A stretch of 64,000 bases of DNA from the human T2T-CHM13v2.0 reference genome, Homo sapiens, in assembly GCF_009914755.1 (NCBI RefSeq), contig NC_060937.1; one strand, given 5' to 3'. Shown piece after piece: positions 14,491 to 32,452 of this stretch. Within the stretch, counting starts at the first letter, position 1; each line of letters begins with the position of its first letter. A program made the translations under genes and the position numbers. Under the pieces are notes generated by a model. It was not told where the DNA came from. It worked only from the letters and a program-made list of their open reading frames with translations, and searched no databases.

Positions 14491-15765
14491 AAAATCAGTA
14501 TATTATGCAAACAATTAAATGGTTACTTTTTATTCTAATAGTTCAAGAGTCTAGACTGAGGGTTGGTTTTAGGCAAAAGAATTATTTAATCTTTTTATTG
14601 TTTTATTTTACAAATGATCCTAGACATTTTATGCAACTGGTTACACATGACTTCACATCTCAAGCCCTGCCAAATGTATGTGCATTTATAATGTACCCAA
14701 TACTTTTACACTCACTTGAATGACATATTATGCTCATTTATTCCATGAGAAGACGAGGATTAGATGTTGCATAATACTACATCTAGAATTCTAATTCCAA
14801 ATGTATTACTTTTTTCAATCATTCTTGCTATCTCTTAACAATATCCAGATAACTGAATGACATGATAACTGTAGTTAAACAATGCCTTTGCAATTGGTCA
14901 GATAATTGGAGAGAAAATAATTTTCCTGCAATTTCTCTAGGCAATTTACTTAATTCTGTATTGATTTTTATTTATTTAAAAAGAAATAGTTGAAGACTAT
15001 TGATTTGCAGGCTACAGAGAGTTTAACAGTTCATAAAAACACTTAGAGTCAAATAGAATTTGACTAAATAGGAAAAAGACTTTTGAATCCTACCATTCTC
15101 TACACTGCTATTTTCTCTTCAAAGCACAAGTTACAAACATGAGAGATTTTTGTTGCTGTTTCTACAGTTCATTTTTGCATCCAAACTAATTGCTTTAGAT
15201 TAACAAACAATTGTTCACACACCTCTGGGCAGTAACATATACAATTTAGATAATGTGATATACTCAATGTACATTGCTGAACTTATTGCTGATGCTCTAA
15301 ATCAAGCAATATCAAGAAAATGTACCCTGAAATGTTAAGACTTTTTGGTTTCATTTGTTATGCGCACTGCTACAGAAATCCAGATATTACAACTTGGCAT
15401 AGTGTAAAGAAATTATTATAATATTCAGGCTTATAAAATCCTCCTCTTTGTGTCAGAATTTCCTGACTTCTATATTGTAAGGGAATCTATGTGGACAATA
15501 AAATTCTGGTAGATTTTGTATTAGTTTTAGTACCTTGGATATAAGTAACAGAATCTGATTCTCGCCACTTATGCTAAAGGGTAAAGCAACATGTCTGGAC
15601 TAGGCTAGAACACTAGGCTTTACAATACTTAGAATAAAAATAAATTGTGGTGCTCTCATGAAGGAGAATCGACATCAATTGACCAACAATTAACCACACA
15701 TTCTAAGGCAAAATCACCTATGTCATAGTTCACTTTTATCTGGGACTCCTAGAATCTATACCACA

Positions 15766-15817
15766 AACACACACACACATACACACACACACATACACAC
15801 AAACACACACACACACA
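15766..15817. repeat. Imperfect (CA)n microsatellite
   Basis: Direct reading. Confidence 0.95.
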
Positions 15818-17258
15818 TCTTAGTAGGTACCTTTTTTCTATGAATGGTTTTTAAAATAAAAATATTTGGAGAAAAAAGCTAAAATTTATGCTTTAATTTA
15901 TAAATAATGATATGTAAAACTGGAGAATTGTATTTAATTTAATTAGAATAATTTTAAACTACAATGTTTTTCCTTTTTTTTTCGTATTCTTCTCTTTCTT
16001 TTTCTTTCTTTTTAGTCTGAACGGGTCACAAACCATTTAATACAGTGCTGAATATTTAGAACGTTAGTTATTTCAGTAGCAGTAGGTTACTCTTTGCCCA
16101 TAGAATAGGGCATATGTCCTGACCAGGCTGGGTTTTACACATAAAAAATACAGATTTATCATGCTAAGTGCAGTCCAAAGAAAGCGTAAATAATGATAAG
16201 AAATTTCATTATATACTTTCTTGACTGATCTGGAGAGGCTTGATTAGAATACATTTTTTTCGCTCTTTGGTGTTTTGAATGCTTACACGTTATGGATTTG
16301 TTAGCATTTCTGTGATACGTTTGCCCTCTATAAAAGTCAAGTTGTGTGTCATTGCTATTCTAGCTTAAAATACTGTCACTATAATATTGAAATCTGTTCA
16401 TAAGTAATGAATGGTCAAAAAACTTGCCACTCCGCAAAATCTAAACTGAACCTCATAGAAATAATCTCTCTTTTTAAGCAAAATAAACTGTAAACAATTT
16501 ATTCTTATTATTTAATCTGGGAACAATATCCCAGTAATAGATGAATATAATCTTATGAAAAATCGGTTGCTGTCTGAGAACTGTCATACTGATTATTTAT
16601 TTCTGGAAAACTGAATCTCAGTTTTGGCTCTGAAATCTTAAATAGAGTTCTCTAAGAGGTATGGTTTCATTGTAAGCTGAGGTAATGTCACCTTAATCAT
16701 CATGACCCTTCCTTGAACAAAGAGGATAAAAATGTTTCTCTGTTATGTAAAAAGGACAAGTGACCACAGATAGATAACCTATGATTAATGGCTGCTAATT
16801 TTTTTCAGGGGATGTTGCAACTAAATTCCAGGAGAACAACAATAATGATAGATATTTCAGGTCAGGAATTGGGGAAAACAAATTAAAAATTCATAGTAAT
16901 GCCAAATTCATAAAATTTTAAATCTCTTGAACACTTATTTCAACCAAAGCACTATTTTTGACATTGCACATATATAATCTTATTTTGTATCCATAATCAT
17001 ATTTACTATATGATACTATTGGATAGATGAAGGAACTATCCCAAAGAGATGCAAAGTCAACTCCCAGTGTTAGATAGCTAGTAAAGGATTTTAGGAAAGG
17101 TGTTCTTAGTTAAGGTTTTCCCTCTCGAACATACACTATTAACTGGGAAGGAGCTAGTCCTTAAACAGCTGGCCTGGAAAGTAACAGTATAAATGAGAAG
17201 CTTTGAGCTTTGAACTTAACCAGCCTGGCAGCTTGGTCCTTAGTGCCTACAGCAGCAT

Positions 17259-17801
17259 CCAGAGTGGCCCAGGTGCAGATCATTAAGTATGTGGTAGTGG
17301 GAACCGGAGTTTTAGGTAAAACTTGCCTGCTGGTCAATTACACACCAATGTATTTTGTGTAGAATATATGTCCACTGTTTCTGAAAACTCTTCTTTCCAT
17401 ATTATGATAGATAGAAAACTGGTGAATCTGGGTTTATGGGATACAGCTAATTTAGAAGACCATCACAGATTATGTCTCCTATTCTATCCTCAAACAGATT
17501 TTCTTTTTCTTTATGAGTCCTGCATTATTTGAAAATGTCTGTGCTAAGTGGTATCCTGAAGTGTGACACCATTGTCCCAACACTCCCATTAACCTATTGT
17601 GAACCAAATGATCTTAGAGATGATAAAGGCATATTAAGAAACTAGAGGTGAAGAAGCTGGCTCCTATCACCTGTCCACAGGGATTAGCCTTGACTAAGGA
17701 GATGAGAACTGTAAAAAACCTATAGTGCTTGAGCTGTGAGGACTCAAGACAGTGTTTAATGAAGTTATCCCATCAGCTGTCTGCCCACTCCATAAAGAAA
17801 A
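17259..17801 (+). pseudogene. RAC1: Processed pseudogene of RAC1 (Rho-family GTPase), disabled and 3'-truncated
   Basis: From 17273: (V)QIIKYVVVGTGVLGKTCLLVNYT vs RAC1 [24 protein letters not shown]; then [65 protein letters not shown]. Intronless, ATG changed to GTG, frameshifts and stops, no Rac1b insert. The symbol names the parent gene; the pseudogene number cannot be assigned. Confidence 0.95.
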
Positions 17802-19680
<1,879 letters not shown>

Positions 19681-21204
19681 AAAAACTACTTTAAATTTCA
19701 CACGGAACAACAACAACAACAACAAAAAAGTCCATATAGTCAAGACAATCCTAAACAAAAAGAACAAAACTAAAGGCATCATGCTACCTGATTTCAAACT
19801 ATACTACAAGGCTACAATTACCAATATAGCATGGTACTGGTACCAGAAGAGATATATAGACCAACGGAACGCAATAGAGGCCTCAGAAATAACACCACAC
19901 ATTTACATCCATCTGCTCTTTGACAAACCTGACAAAAAACAAGCAATGGGGAAAGGATTCCCTATTTAACAAATGGTGTTGGAAAAACTGGCCAGCCATA
20001 TGCAGAAAACTGAAACTAGACCCCTTTCTTACACCTTATACAAAAATTAATTCAAGATGGATTAAAGATTTAAATGTAAGACTTAAAACCATAAAATTCC
20101 TAGAAGAAAACCTAGGCAATACCATTCAGGACATAGGCATGGGCAAAGACTTCATGACTAAAACACCAAAAGCAATTGCAACAAAAGCCAAAATAGACAA
20201 ATGGGATCTAATTAACTAAAGAGCTCCTGTACAGCAAAAGAAGCTATAATTAGAGTGAACAGGCAACCTACAGAATGGGAGAAAATTTTTGCAATCTATC
20301 CATCTGACAAAGGGCTAATATTCAGAATCTACAAGGAACTTAAACAAATTTACATGAAAAAAAACAACCCCATCAAAATGTGGGTGAAGGATATGAATAG
20401 CCACTTTTCAAAAGAAGACATTTATGTGGCCAAAAACATATGAAAAAAAAAGTTAATCATCACTGGTCATCAGAGAAATGCCAATCAAATCGACAATGAG
20501 ATACAATCTCACGCCAGTTACAATGGTGATCATTTAAAAGTCAGGAAACAACAGATGTTGGAAGGGATGTGGAGAAATAGGAACAATTTTACATTGTTGG
20601 TGGGAATGTAAATTAGTTCAACCATTGTGGAAGACAGTGTGACGATTCTTCAAAGATCTAGGACTAAAACTACTATTTGACCCAGCAATCCCATTACTGG
20701 GTATATACTCAAAAGGATTATAAATCATTCTATTATAAAGACACATGGACACTATTCACAATAGCAAAGGCTTGGAACCAACCCAAATGTCCATCAATGA
20801 TAGACTGGATAAAGAAAATGTGGCACATATATGCCATGGAATACTATGCAGCCATAAAAAAGAATGAGTTCATGTCCTTTGCGGGGACATGGATGAATCT
20901 GGAAACCATCATTCGCAGCGAACTAACACAGGAACAGAAAACCAAACACTGCATATTCTCACTCATAAGTGGGAGTTGAACAATAAAATCATATGAGCAC
21001 AGGGAGGGGAACATCATACACCAGGGACTGTCAGTGGGTGGGGGTCTAGGGGAGGGATAGCACTAGAAGAAATACCTAATGTAGATGATGGGTTGATGGG
21101 TAAAGCAAACCGCCATGCACATGTATACCTGTGTAACAAACCTGCATGTTCTGCACATGTATCCCAAAACTTAAAGTATAATAAAAATAAAATAAATAAA
21201 TAAA
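19681..21204 (+). mobile_element. Second, older 5'-truncated L1 (L1PA7/8-like)
   Basis: Fragmented ORF2 (ORFs at 19781, 19920, 20255, 20677); 3' UTR with gaaatacctaatgtagatgatgggttgatggg; TAAA tail. Confidence 0.95.
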
Positions 21205-22035
21205 TGAAATTAACTTGAAATGGAGCAAAGGCTTAAATCTTCAGTTTAACTCTACAAGCATTATAGAAATAAATGTGAAGTAAAATTTTTGTGTGCTTGA
21301 GTAGGGAAGCTGGTGATGAAGGAAAGACAAAACTAATAAAAAGAATAAGTAATTGCAGAACGGTTTTGAACATTCGTTTCAGCAAAGATAATATCCCAGT
21401 GGCCAGTGGACAAATCATTGCTCAGCCTCAATCATAAAGAAAATGGAAAATAAATTTGCAAAGAGAAACCACACAATGTCACAAAAATAAAAAGACAGAA
21501 AATACCGATCAAGTTTGAGGATATAGAGCAAAGGGACCTGTTATAGAAGGGGGAGTGTAAATTGACAGAATCACTTGGGAAATCACTTTGACATCACATT
21601 TACAGGATATTTTTTCTTTGTAGTGACCAAACATAAAATCAACCAAAATATACATCAGCTATACAGATTAATATTAACTTCTTATATAGTCATACCAGAA
21701 GTTGCTATCAAATAATGAGATATGAATAAAGTATAATTATATAAAAAACACTGATGTGTCTCACAAACATAATATTGAATGAAATTATGAGTGCATATTT
21801 CATTATTCTATTTATTAAGGTCAAAAACAGATAATACTGAGGATAATACAGATAATGGTTATTGAGAGGTTTAAGAAAGGGGCTTCTGGTGTTAAGTAAT
21901 ATTATATATTTTTTAATTGAGTGGTGAGTACATGGATGTATTTAAATTGTGATAATTCTTTGAGCTACATAGTTTTGATTTACTTTTTTTAGATGTACTT
22001 TTCTCTATAAGTCTTATATTTCTAATTAAAAATTT
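21205..22035 (+). mobile_element. Ancient L1ME-type fragments
   Basis: Degenerate aattaacttgaaatggagcaaaggcttaaat and 3' UTR-like ggggcttctggtgt...ggtgagtacatggatgtattt. Confidence 0.6.
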
Positions 22036-23109
22036 ACAATTGATATGCACAAAGTAATTGTGACAATTTAAGCTCAATAATTAATATAGTGTGTGATTTA
22101 TTTGCATTTCTAAAAATATGCTTATGCTTCTTATATTCTGGGTTTTTTTTCTGTGTCACAGATGAATTCACACATGCAATAGGGCTGGAAGTATTTTCTA
22201 AGATATAAATATAATTTTATCTATTTTTGTGAATTAGAAAATGTTCTTAATAATGGGTTTTTTTTTCTTAATTTCAACAAGACCACAATGAGTTTTTTGT
22301 CTGAATAAATAAATGTGTCAGAAAGCCAGGAGTAATTTGGAGAATTCACTGGAGACTTGGCACCCAGGAACATTGCACAATGGCTGAAAATTTCTCAATT
22401 TTCTGATTGAGCAGAGCTTTGGTAATACTACAATAGTGACTAGCAGCTGACTATCAAAGAAAGAAAAACCAAAATGAGATGAAAAATCTATTACTCGGTT
22501 TGAGTATTATCACAGGGATTTCTTTAAGCAGCCAGTGTACAGTGGCACACATTCTCAACTGAATTCTATTAAGATGGTCTTAGAAAAGTGTTCTTCAAGA
22601 TGGTATTCTATTTTTAATTGGGATAGTTGAGAAACATAATATTTTCTTTGACCCTAGGCATTCATAATTGCTCATCTGTTCGCAGCCATTCCCTTCTTCG
22701 ATTTCAATAAAGGAATTCTTCATCAGTGTAGTCCACAAGAATGAAATATGTATATAGTGTCTGTCTTCCTCTGTTTATTGAAGAGAGCACATTTTCATCA
22801 CCGTTTTTCTCAAAATATTTTTCAAATATTTTAACAAAGTAGAATTACATCTTACTTCAACTACATGAAAACAAAGCATGAAATTAATGAGAATTTTATT
22901 ATTTATGAAGAGTAGCATCAAAGATACCAACTAGGTCTATAAGATCCAAAGTATTTAGACTTTTAAATTTCTCTCCTTTTATACTTTTGTGATTCTGTAT
23001 GTCATATTTCTCTTTAGACTTCTCAAACCATAGCTCAACTCCAGTAATATGTGTACAGTAGTGATTATAGGTTAGTCAATATCATATTCACAAAATAATA
23101 CTGCTAGGT

Positions 23110-23390
23110 ATATCTTATTTTAATTGATTAGTTCATTTTCAATAGGTACACAGGTACATGAAAAAAATTGTAAAAAATCATATAGAATAAAATAATTTTT
23201 GCTCTAACACCTCTCCCCATAACTACCATTTTTTTCTCTGCAGAAGTAACCAATGTTACAAGTCATGAGTATATGCTTTCATAGGCATTTTGTAAAAACA
23301 TGCAGACACATATAAAATTTTTTATGCAATATAGTACTGTATATATACATTTGTGTACTGCCTTTTTCACATAAGGTTATTTAGTGATGG
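23110..23390 (-). mobile_element. Ancient L1ME-type 3' fragment
   Basis: gcagaagtaaccaatgttacaag...tgtgtactgcctttttcac antisense pattern. Confidence 0.5.
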
Positions 23391-23549
23391 ATGTTTTGCC
23401 CTATCTCCTTCTGTCAAATTCTTTAAGGAGGATACGTTAATTTTATCAACTGTGAACACTAAATTTTAAAAGGACTTATGTACTTAAAAATTAACACTCA
23501 ATAAATTTGTTTTAACATTTTCTGATAAAATATGTATTTTATTGTGATA

Positions 23550-24560
23550 TCATTTTTAAATGATGGATTAATGCAAATCTCCAATAGGAACCAAGGTTCC
23601 TTGAGGAAATGGATGATTCTAGGCTGGGGCAAGACATATGCAAGATAAACCTGGAACATCTTGCAATGCCAGAAAATGAGGATGTGTTATGCAAAAGCAA
23701 ATCAGAATAAAACAAAGAAAACAAAAGAACTATTTATGCAGTTAGATCCAAGATGGCACAGAAAGCAGCCTGTAATGTTCGAATAATTTAACCAAATAAA
23801 GTACTGTTAGATTATCACTCCAAGTTTAAAATAAATATTCATGAGTTTATGTTGATATGTACATTTCTTTTATGCAGAAACATTTCAAATAACTTATATA
23901 GATACTTCATCCTTAAGGGGAGCATGACTCCCAACTACTTAAGTATGAGCTGTGCATACTAATGTCCTTTCAAAGAGTGTAGTTTGTAAAGAAAAATAAT
24001 TAACTTTACAGTGGTGAACCTCAACAACTGCTAAGATGATCAAGGTCAATACCAACAGTGGTAAATCACATTGATAATATGTGTCCTTGGGCTAATGTGA
24101 TTAAAATGCACTTCACTACTGTAATCTTCATCTTCAAAATCCATAACTCCAGTCTAACCATGTGAAAAACATCAGCAAATTTCAGTGGGTTATCATACAA
24201 CATGACCAATCAAAAGTATCAAGTTCATCAGAAACAAGGAAATTCTGAGAAACTGCCACAGTCAAGAGGAAGTTAAGGAGATATAATAACTATACATAAT
24301 ATAGTGTCTTGGATGGGATTCTGGATAAGAACAAAGACATCAGGTAAAATCAAAGGAAATCTGAATTAAATAAGGACTTTAGTTAACAACAACAGCTCAC
24401 ATTGGCTCATTAATCTCAATAAATGCACTATATTAACAAAATATGTTAAAAAGAGAAAAAATGGGTAAGAGATGTATGGAGACTCTCTGTACTATATTTT
24501 CTATATTTTTAATTTTATAAATATAACACTGCTCTGAAAATCGAAAAGTCTATTAACAAC
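23550..24560 (+). mobile_element. L1MC/MD-type 3' UTR
   Basis: gatcaaggtcaataccaacagtggtaaatcacattgata, gtcttggatgggattctgga, gtatggagactctctgtacta. Confidence 0.75.
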
Positions 24561-24753
24561 ACTCATGAGGAGTGGCAGCCTTCTTGGTTAGCCTGGCTCA
24601 CAATCTGTCTCACAAATGCTTTGGCTGGACGCCCTATGGAGGATGTGTTAAAGTTGCTGAGACAACACAGCTAGAATGTGTTGTTCCTCCAGGTACATGT
24701 CCCTTATCCTCCTGTCTTGATCATCTAATTAAAGCAAAACTTTGGGTTCTTGA

Positions 24754-27400
<2,647 letters not shown>

Positions 27401-27404
27401 AATA

Positions 27405-28615
27405 TAAAATGTAGAAATAGGCCGAGGACTTGAATACACGCTTTTCAAAGATGACATACAAATGCTCAACAGGTATATTAAAAAATGCTCAGCATTACAA
27501 AGTTCAACTTTGTTCAGTTCTACTGATTTTAGTTACTTCTTTTCTTCTGCTAGTTCCTCTGCAATGTTAAATTGTTAATTTGAGATCTATCCATTTTCTT
27601 GATATAGACTTGTAGCACTACAAACTTTCCTCTTAACACTGCTTTACCTGCATCCCAGAGATTTTTAGTATTTTTAGTATATTGTTGCTGTTTTTATTTC
27701 TTTCAAAAGGTTTTTTTTTTTAAAATTTCTGCCTAAATTTTGTTTTTTACCCAAAATTCGTTCAGGAGGAAGTTGTTTAGTTTCCACAAAATTATGTGAG
27801 TTTTGAGAGATGTTCTTGGTAAAAATGTAAAGTAGTACAGTTATTATGAAAAACTGAAGGGAGGTTACTTAAGAAATGACAAATAGAACTGCTACATGAT
27901 CCAAGAATCCTACTTCTGAGTATATATCCAAAGGAAATAAAATCAGTGTGTCAGAGACATATGTGCTCCCCCATCTTCATTGCAGCATTATTCACAATAG
28001 CCAAGATATGAAATAAACCTAAGTGTCCACCAATATATGGATAAAGAAAATGTAGTGTACCTATCCATATAGGTATACACACACACACACACACAGACAC
28101 ACACACACACACAGTGGAATACTATGCAGCTTTACAAAAGGAAGTTCTGTCACTTGTGACAACATGGATTAACTTGAAGGACATCACATGAAGTGAAGTA
28201 TGCCAGGCACAGAAAAACAAATACCGTATGATTTCACTCACATGTGGAATCTAAAACAATAAAATTCACAGAAGCAGAGGATAGAATGGTGGTTACCAGA
28301 AGCTGGAGGGTAGGGAGAATGGGGAGATATTGGTCAAAGGGGACAAAGTTTCAGTTAGACGGGAGGAATACGTTTTTTGAGATCTATAATGCAGCATGGT
28401 GACTATAGTTAATAAAAATGTATTGTTTATTTCAAAATTGCCAAAATAGTACATTTTAAGGGTTCTCACCACAAAAAATTGTAAGTATTTGAGGTAATGG
28501 ATATTTTAGTTAGCTTGATTTAATAATTCTACATTGTATACATACACCATAATATTACATTTTATCCCTTAAATAAGTGTATACAATTCTAAAATGTCAA
28601 TTAATAATAAAAATG
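27405..28615 (+). mobile_element. L1MA 3' end, interrupted by an antisense L1 piece (about 27500-27820) and (CA)n (about 28077-28112)
   Basis: ORF2 C-terminal and L1MA 3' UTR motifs (ggagatattggtcaaagggg; gcagcatggtgactatagttaataa). Confidence 0.88.
27500..27820 (-). mobile_element. Internal antisense L1 ORF2 fragment (post-endonuclease region)
   Basis: caaactttcctcttaacactgctttacctgcatcccagagatt and cccaaaattcgttcaggaggaagttgtttagtttcca are antisense to early L1 ORF2. Confidence 0.8.
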
Positions 28616-30839
28616 AATATAAACTACAAAAAAGGGCTAGAATTTTTCCATAGGCAAATGATAAACTAGCACCAATGCTGGAACACTGACGTTTCTCACT
28701 TTTTTTTTTTCAAAAGAAGAATAAATACGTGCACTTTTGAGTCATCAGCGACATCAGTGCTGCATCTTCCTGGTTATGATCTTTTAATTCCAAAAGGTTT
28801 CCTTGAAACACTGTAGATATCAATGGAGATATAACTAGGGTTAAAATATGAATATTATATGTTAAATACCCTAAGATTAGATTAGAAGAAAATAAACATG
28901 GACTATACTTAAGACAGCAAATTGAATGAATATAGGTTAATCTAAAAAATATAAGGTTAGAAACCCAGCATACAGATGTGGAAGTTGTGTGTCTATGTGG
29001 TCCCAACAGCAGCCTGCCTGACCTGGAAGAGAGGTCATAGCATGGAGCTGCCGCCACCACCACTGTGAGGTCAGACCACTGGCTGCAGACAGGGATTATT
29101 GCCAGTAGAAAGACTGATGCTGCTACATGGAGACGTTAACTGGAACCATCTGTGGCTTCAGGCCAGAAGCCCCTGACTGAAGAGTTTAGATCTCTTTACT
29201 CCTGCTTCCACTGCAACCCAGAGTCAAAGGGTTAAGCTGTGCAGACCGGTTCTAGGTCAAGTAGAACACCTGGTCTCTATTCTTAGCTAAGGGAGGAAGA
29301 AGGAGAGGAGAAGGAGCTAGCAAACTAGGAAAAGAAAAAGTAGTTCCAGCAGGAGCTACTGGAACTAAAAAAGGAGAGAATAAGCAAATAATGACTATAG
29401 ACACAGGATTGAAATTTCTCCATTTCTCGGAGATAAAAATGTCTTACAAAATGTGTTCTGTTCATGCACCAAGAAAATCTTTTCTTGTCTTGTTCTGAGC
29501 ACTGTAATACACAAAATACATGGTACTATATGTAACTGTACATATAATAACACACTATATGCATAAAATAATTTATACTGTAAAGTAATGTACAAAATAA
29601 TTTTAATAGTGATTGTTTCCAGACAAATACACTGGAAAGGATGGGAGTTGTATGCATGTAGATTCCATGTGGAACTGAGTCAAAGTAACTATCACTTTTG
29701 AGTTATTTCTTCAGTTCCTCCTGAGTTTTGTCACTTTGAAATAATGTGTTGGATATTTTCATCATTACCCAGGAGTATTTCTTGTGAGTGAGCTGATTTA
29801 TTCTGATTCATTTTCCTTTTAGTGCATTTCCAATCCTCTTGGGAAATCAAAAACTAACAGAAATATTTCTTAAAAGTTTCTAAAGTGGGAACATTCTGGC
29901 CAGAAGAGGCCAGATAATCTGAGAATTTTTTTTTATTTAAAAACTTTCAACAATGTCAATTCTGATAAAATATTTTATTCCCATTTATATATTAGTTTTA
30001 CATTGCCTACATTTGAAACGTATAGATTTACAACTTGTGATGTTCTTCATAAATAAAAGAAAGGGTATATTCAGGTTTTTCTAAAGCCCCTGGTTTGGAA
30101 ATTTGGCTAACATTGGTTGATTCAACCAGTTCAAATATAAGGCTCTTACTCTTGAGAGGTATGTAACTAGAAGTCACCAAAGTAAAGCCACAGAAAAATT
30201 GGTGCCATTTAGGTTGTAAATTAAAATGTTTAAAAAAATTGCACTAGGAAAAAAGTTTTTAAAAAATCAAATGTGTAACTGATCATAAAATAGTATGTGA
30301 CAGAAGATCTCATACAGCATAATTATATAAGATTAAAACAATAAAATATTTAGGATATATGGGGTGTGTATGATAAATTACTCTTGGTAGAGGAAGAGAG
30401 AGGGTATGGAAAGCATATAGGCAAAGTCCAAGATATGAATAGTTTTTCTTGTCATTTTATACAGATAAAATATTTAATTTATTTCTTTTATAATTTAAAC
30501 ATCAGTTTGAATATAACTTGATATAGATGACATGCTGCATAGTAAAAACAATGGCATTTGGAATACCTCAAGTAAGAAATCAACAACTTTTTGAATTTTC
30601 ACATGGTAGCATGCTTATTTTTCCTTTGGTAAAGACAGAGACCAAGATGGACATCAGTAACTAGACAGCTAGGAGAATGGGCAGAATAACAAGTAATATT
30701 TCTAAGAAAAAAAATGTGCAGCCTGAAATTTAACTTAAAGGATCAAAAATGCATATTATCCCTAAATTGGCTCTTGGCCATCTTGTTCTGGTATTGCAAA
30801 ACCTCCAAATCATTTCATTTAAAGTCCTTATTGCATTTG

Positions 30840-31950
30840 CAAAGAAAATTACCAAGTGGGACCTAATTAAACTAAAGTGTTTCTGCACAGAAAAATAAAT
30901 TATCAACAGAGTAAACAGACAACTTAATGAAAGGGAGAAAACTATGCATTCCCAAACTATTCACAAACTATGCATCTAACAAAAGTCTAATATCTAGAAT
31001 CTATAAGGAACTTAAACGGATCAACAGAATCTATAAGGCACTTAAACAGATCAGCTAGCTAAAAAAACTCACTGATCTAGTTTAATAACCCTGTTAAAAA
31101 GTAGTCAAAATACATGAACAGATGCTTTTCAAAAGAAGACATACAGTCAACAAATTATGAAAAAATGCTCTTCATCACTAATCATTAGAGAAATTCTAAT
31201 CAAAACCACAATGAGATATCATCTTCCCCATATCAGAACGGCTAGTACTAAAAGGTCAAAAAACAACAGATACTGGTGAGGCTGTGGAGAAAAGTGAATG
31301 TTTTATACACTGCTGGTAGGAATGTAAATTATTTCCACAACCATAGAAAGAAGTTTGGACATTTATCAAAGAACTTAAAAAACAGAAATAGTATTCAACC
31401 CAGCAATCTCATTACTAAGTATATGCCAAAAGGAAAATACATTATACCAAAAAGACACATGCACTCATATGTTCATTGCAGTGCTATTCACAATAGCAAA
31501 GGCATGGAATAAATCTAGGTGCCCATCAATGGTAGATTGGATAACAAAAATATGGTACTTATACACCATACAATACTACACAGTTATTAAAAAGGAGGAG
31601 AAAATTTTCTCTACAACAACACGGATACAGCTGGAGGTCATTATCCTAATTAAAATAACTCAGAAACAGAAAATCTGCAGGTTCTGCAGGTTCTCATTTA
31701 TAAGTGGGAGCTAAACATTGGGTATTCACAAACATAGAGATGGCAACGATGGACACTGGGGACTACTTGAAGGGTGAGTTGAGAAGGGAGACAAGGGTTG
31801 AAAAATTAACTGTTGGGTATGATCCTCAGTACCTGGGTGATGGGATTTTTCATACATTCATACCCCAAACTTCAGCATCATGCAATACACCAGGGTAACA
31901 AACTTGCACATGTACCCCCTCAAGCTAATATAAAAGTTGAAAAAAAAAAA
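30840..31950 (+). mobile_element. 5'-truncated L1PB-like element
   Basis: ORF2 C-terminus (ORF 31469: MFIAVLFTIAKAWNKSRCPSMVDWI), L1PB-type 3' UTR, poly(A). Confidence 0.9.
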
Positions 31951-32119
31951 GCAAAATGCATTTCAGACCTTGTCATACCAATGAGTTGCTTGAATAGGCA
32001 GAAGCGTATTTTGTATTTTTATATCATATTTGTAGTGCTTATCAGGATGATCAGGATGTATATTAATAAATTCTAGATAAATGTAAAACACACACACATA
32101 AAAGTGTGTGTGTGTGTCT

Positions 32120-32395
32120 AAAAAAACAGAAACAGAAAACCAAACACCACATGTTCTCACTTATAAATGGAAGCTAAACATTGAGTATATATGGACACAA
32201 AGAAGAGAACAACAGACACCACAGACACCAGAGCTACTTGAGGGTGGAGGGAGGTAGGAGGGTAGGGATTGAAAAACTATGAATGGGGTATTTTGTTTAT
32301 TACTTGGGTGGTGAAATAATCTGTAAACCAAACCTCAGTAACGTGCAATTTACCTACACATGAACCCCTGAAAGTAAACTAAAATAAAAATAAAT
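32120..32395 (+). mobile_element. L1PA15/16 or L1PB 3' end fragment
   Basis: gaaaaccaaacaccacatgttctcacttataaatggaagctaaac through A-rich tail. Confidence 0.85.
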
Positions 32396-32413
32396 AGATA
32401 TCTGGGATAATGA

Positions 32414-32415
<2 letters not shown>

Positions 32416-32451
<36 letters not shown>
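32416..32451. repeat. (TG)n microsatellite
   Basis: Direct reading. Confidence 0.95.

Positions 32452-32452
<1 letters not shown>

Noticed and set aside
17323-17532. 69-aa ORF containing VNLGLWDTA as a functional small GTPase
   Set aside because: It is a frameshift-bounded piece of the RAC1 pseudogene; the P-loop lies in another frame and switch II is degenerate.
28970-29400. GC-richer segment overlapping ORF 28710-29063
   Set aside because: Probably an old MaLR-type LTR remnant; no recognisable protein and I cannot assign it confidently.
32086-32118. (CA)n/(TG)n hairpin, plus short palindromes near 9016-9073, 28058-28077 and 46751-46774
   Set aside because: Low complexity or too short to be significant.
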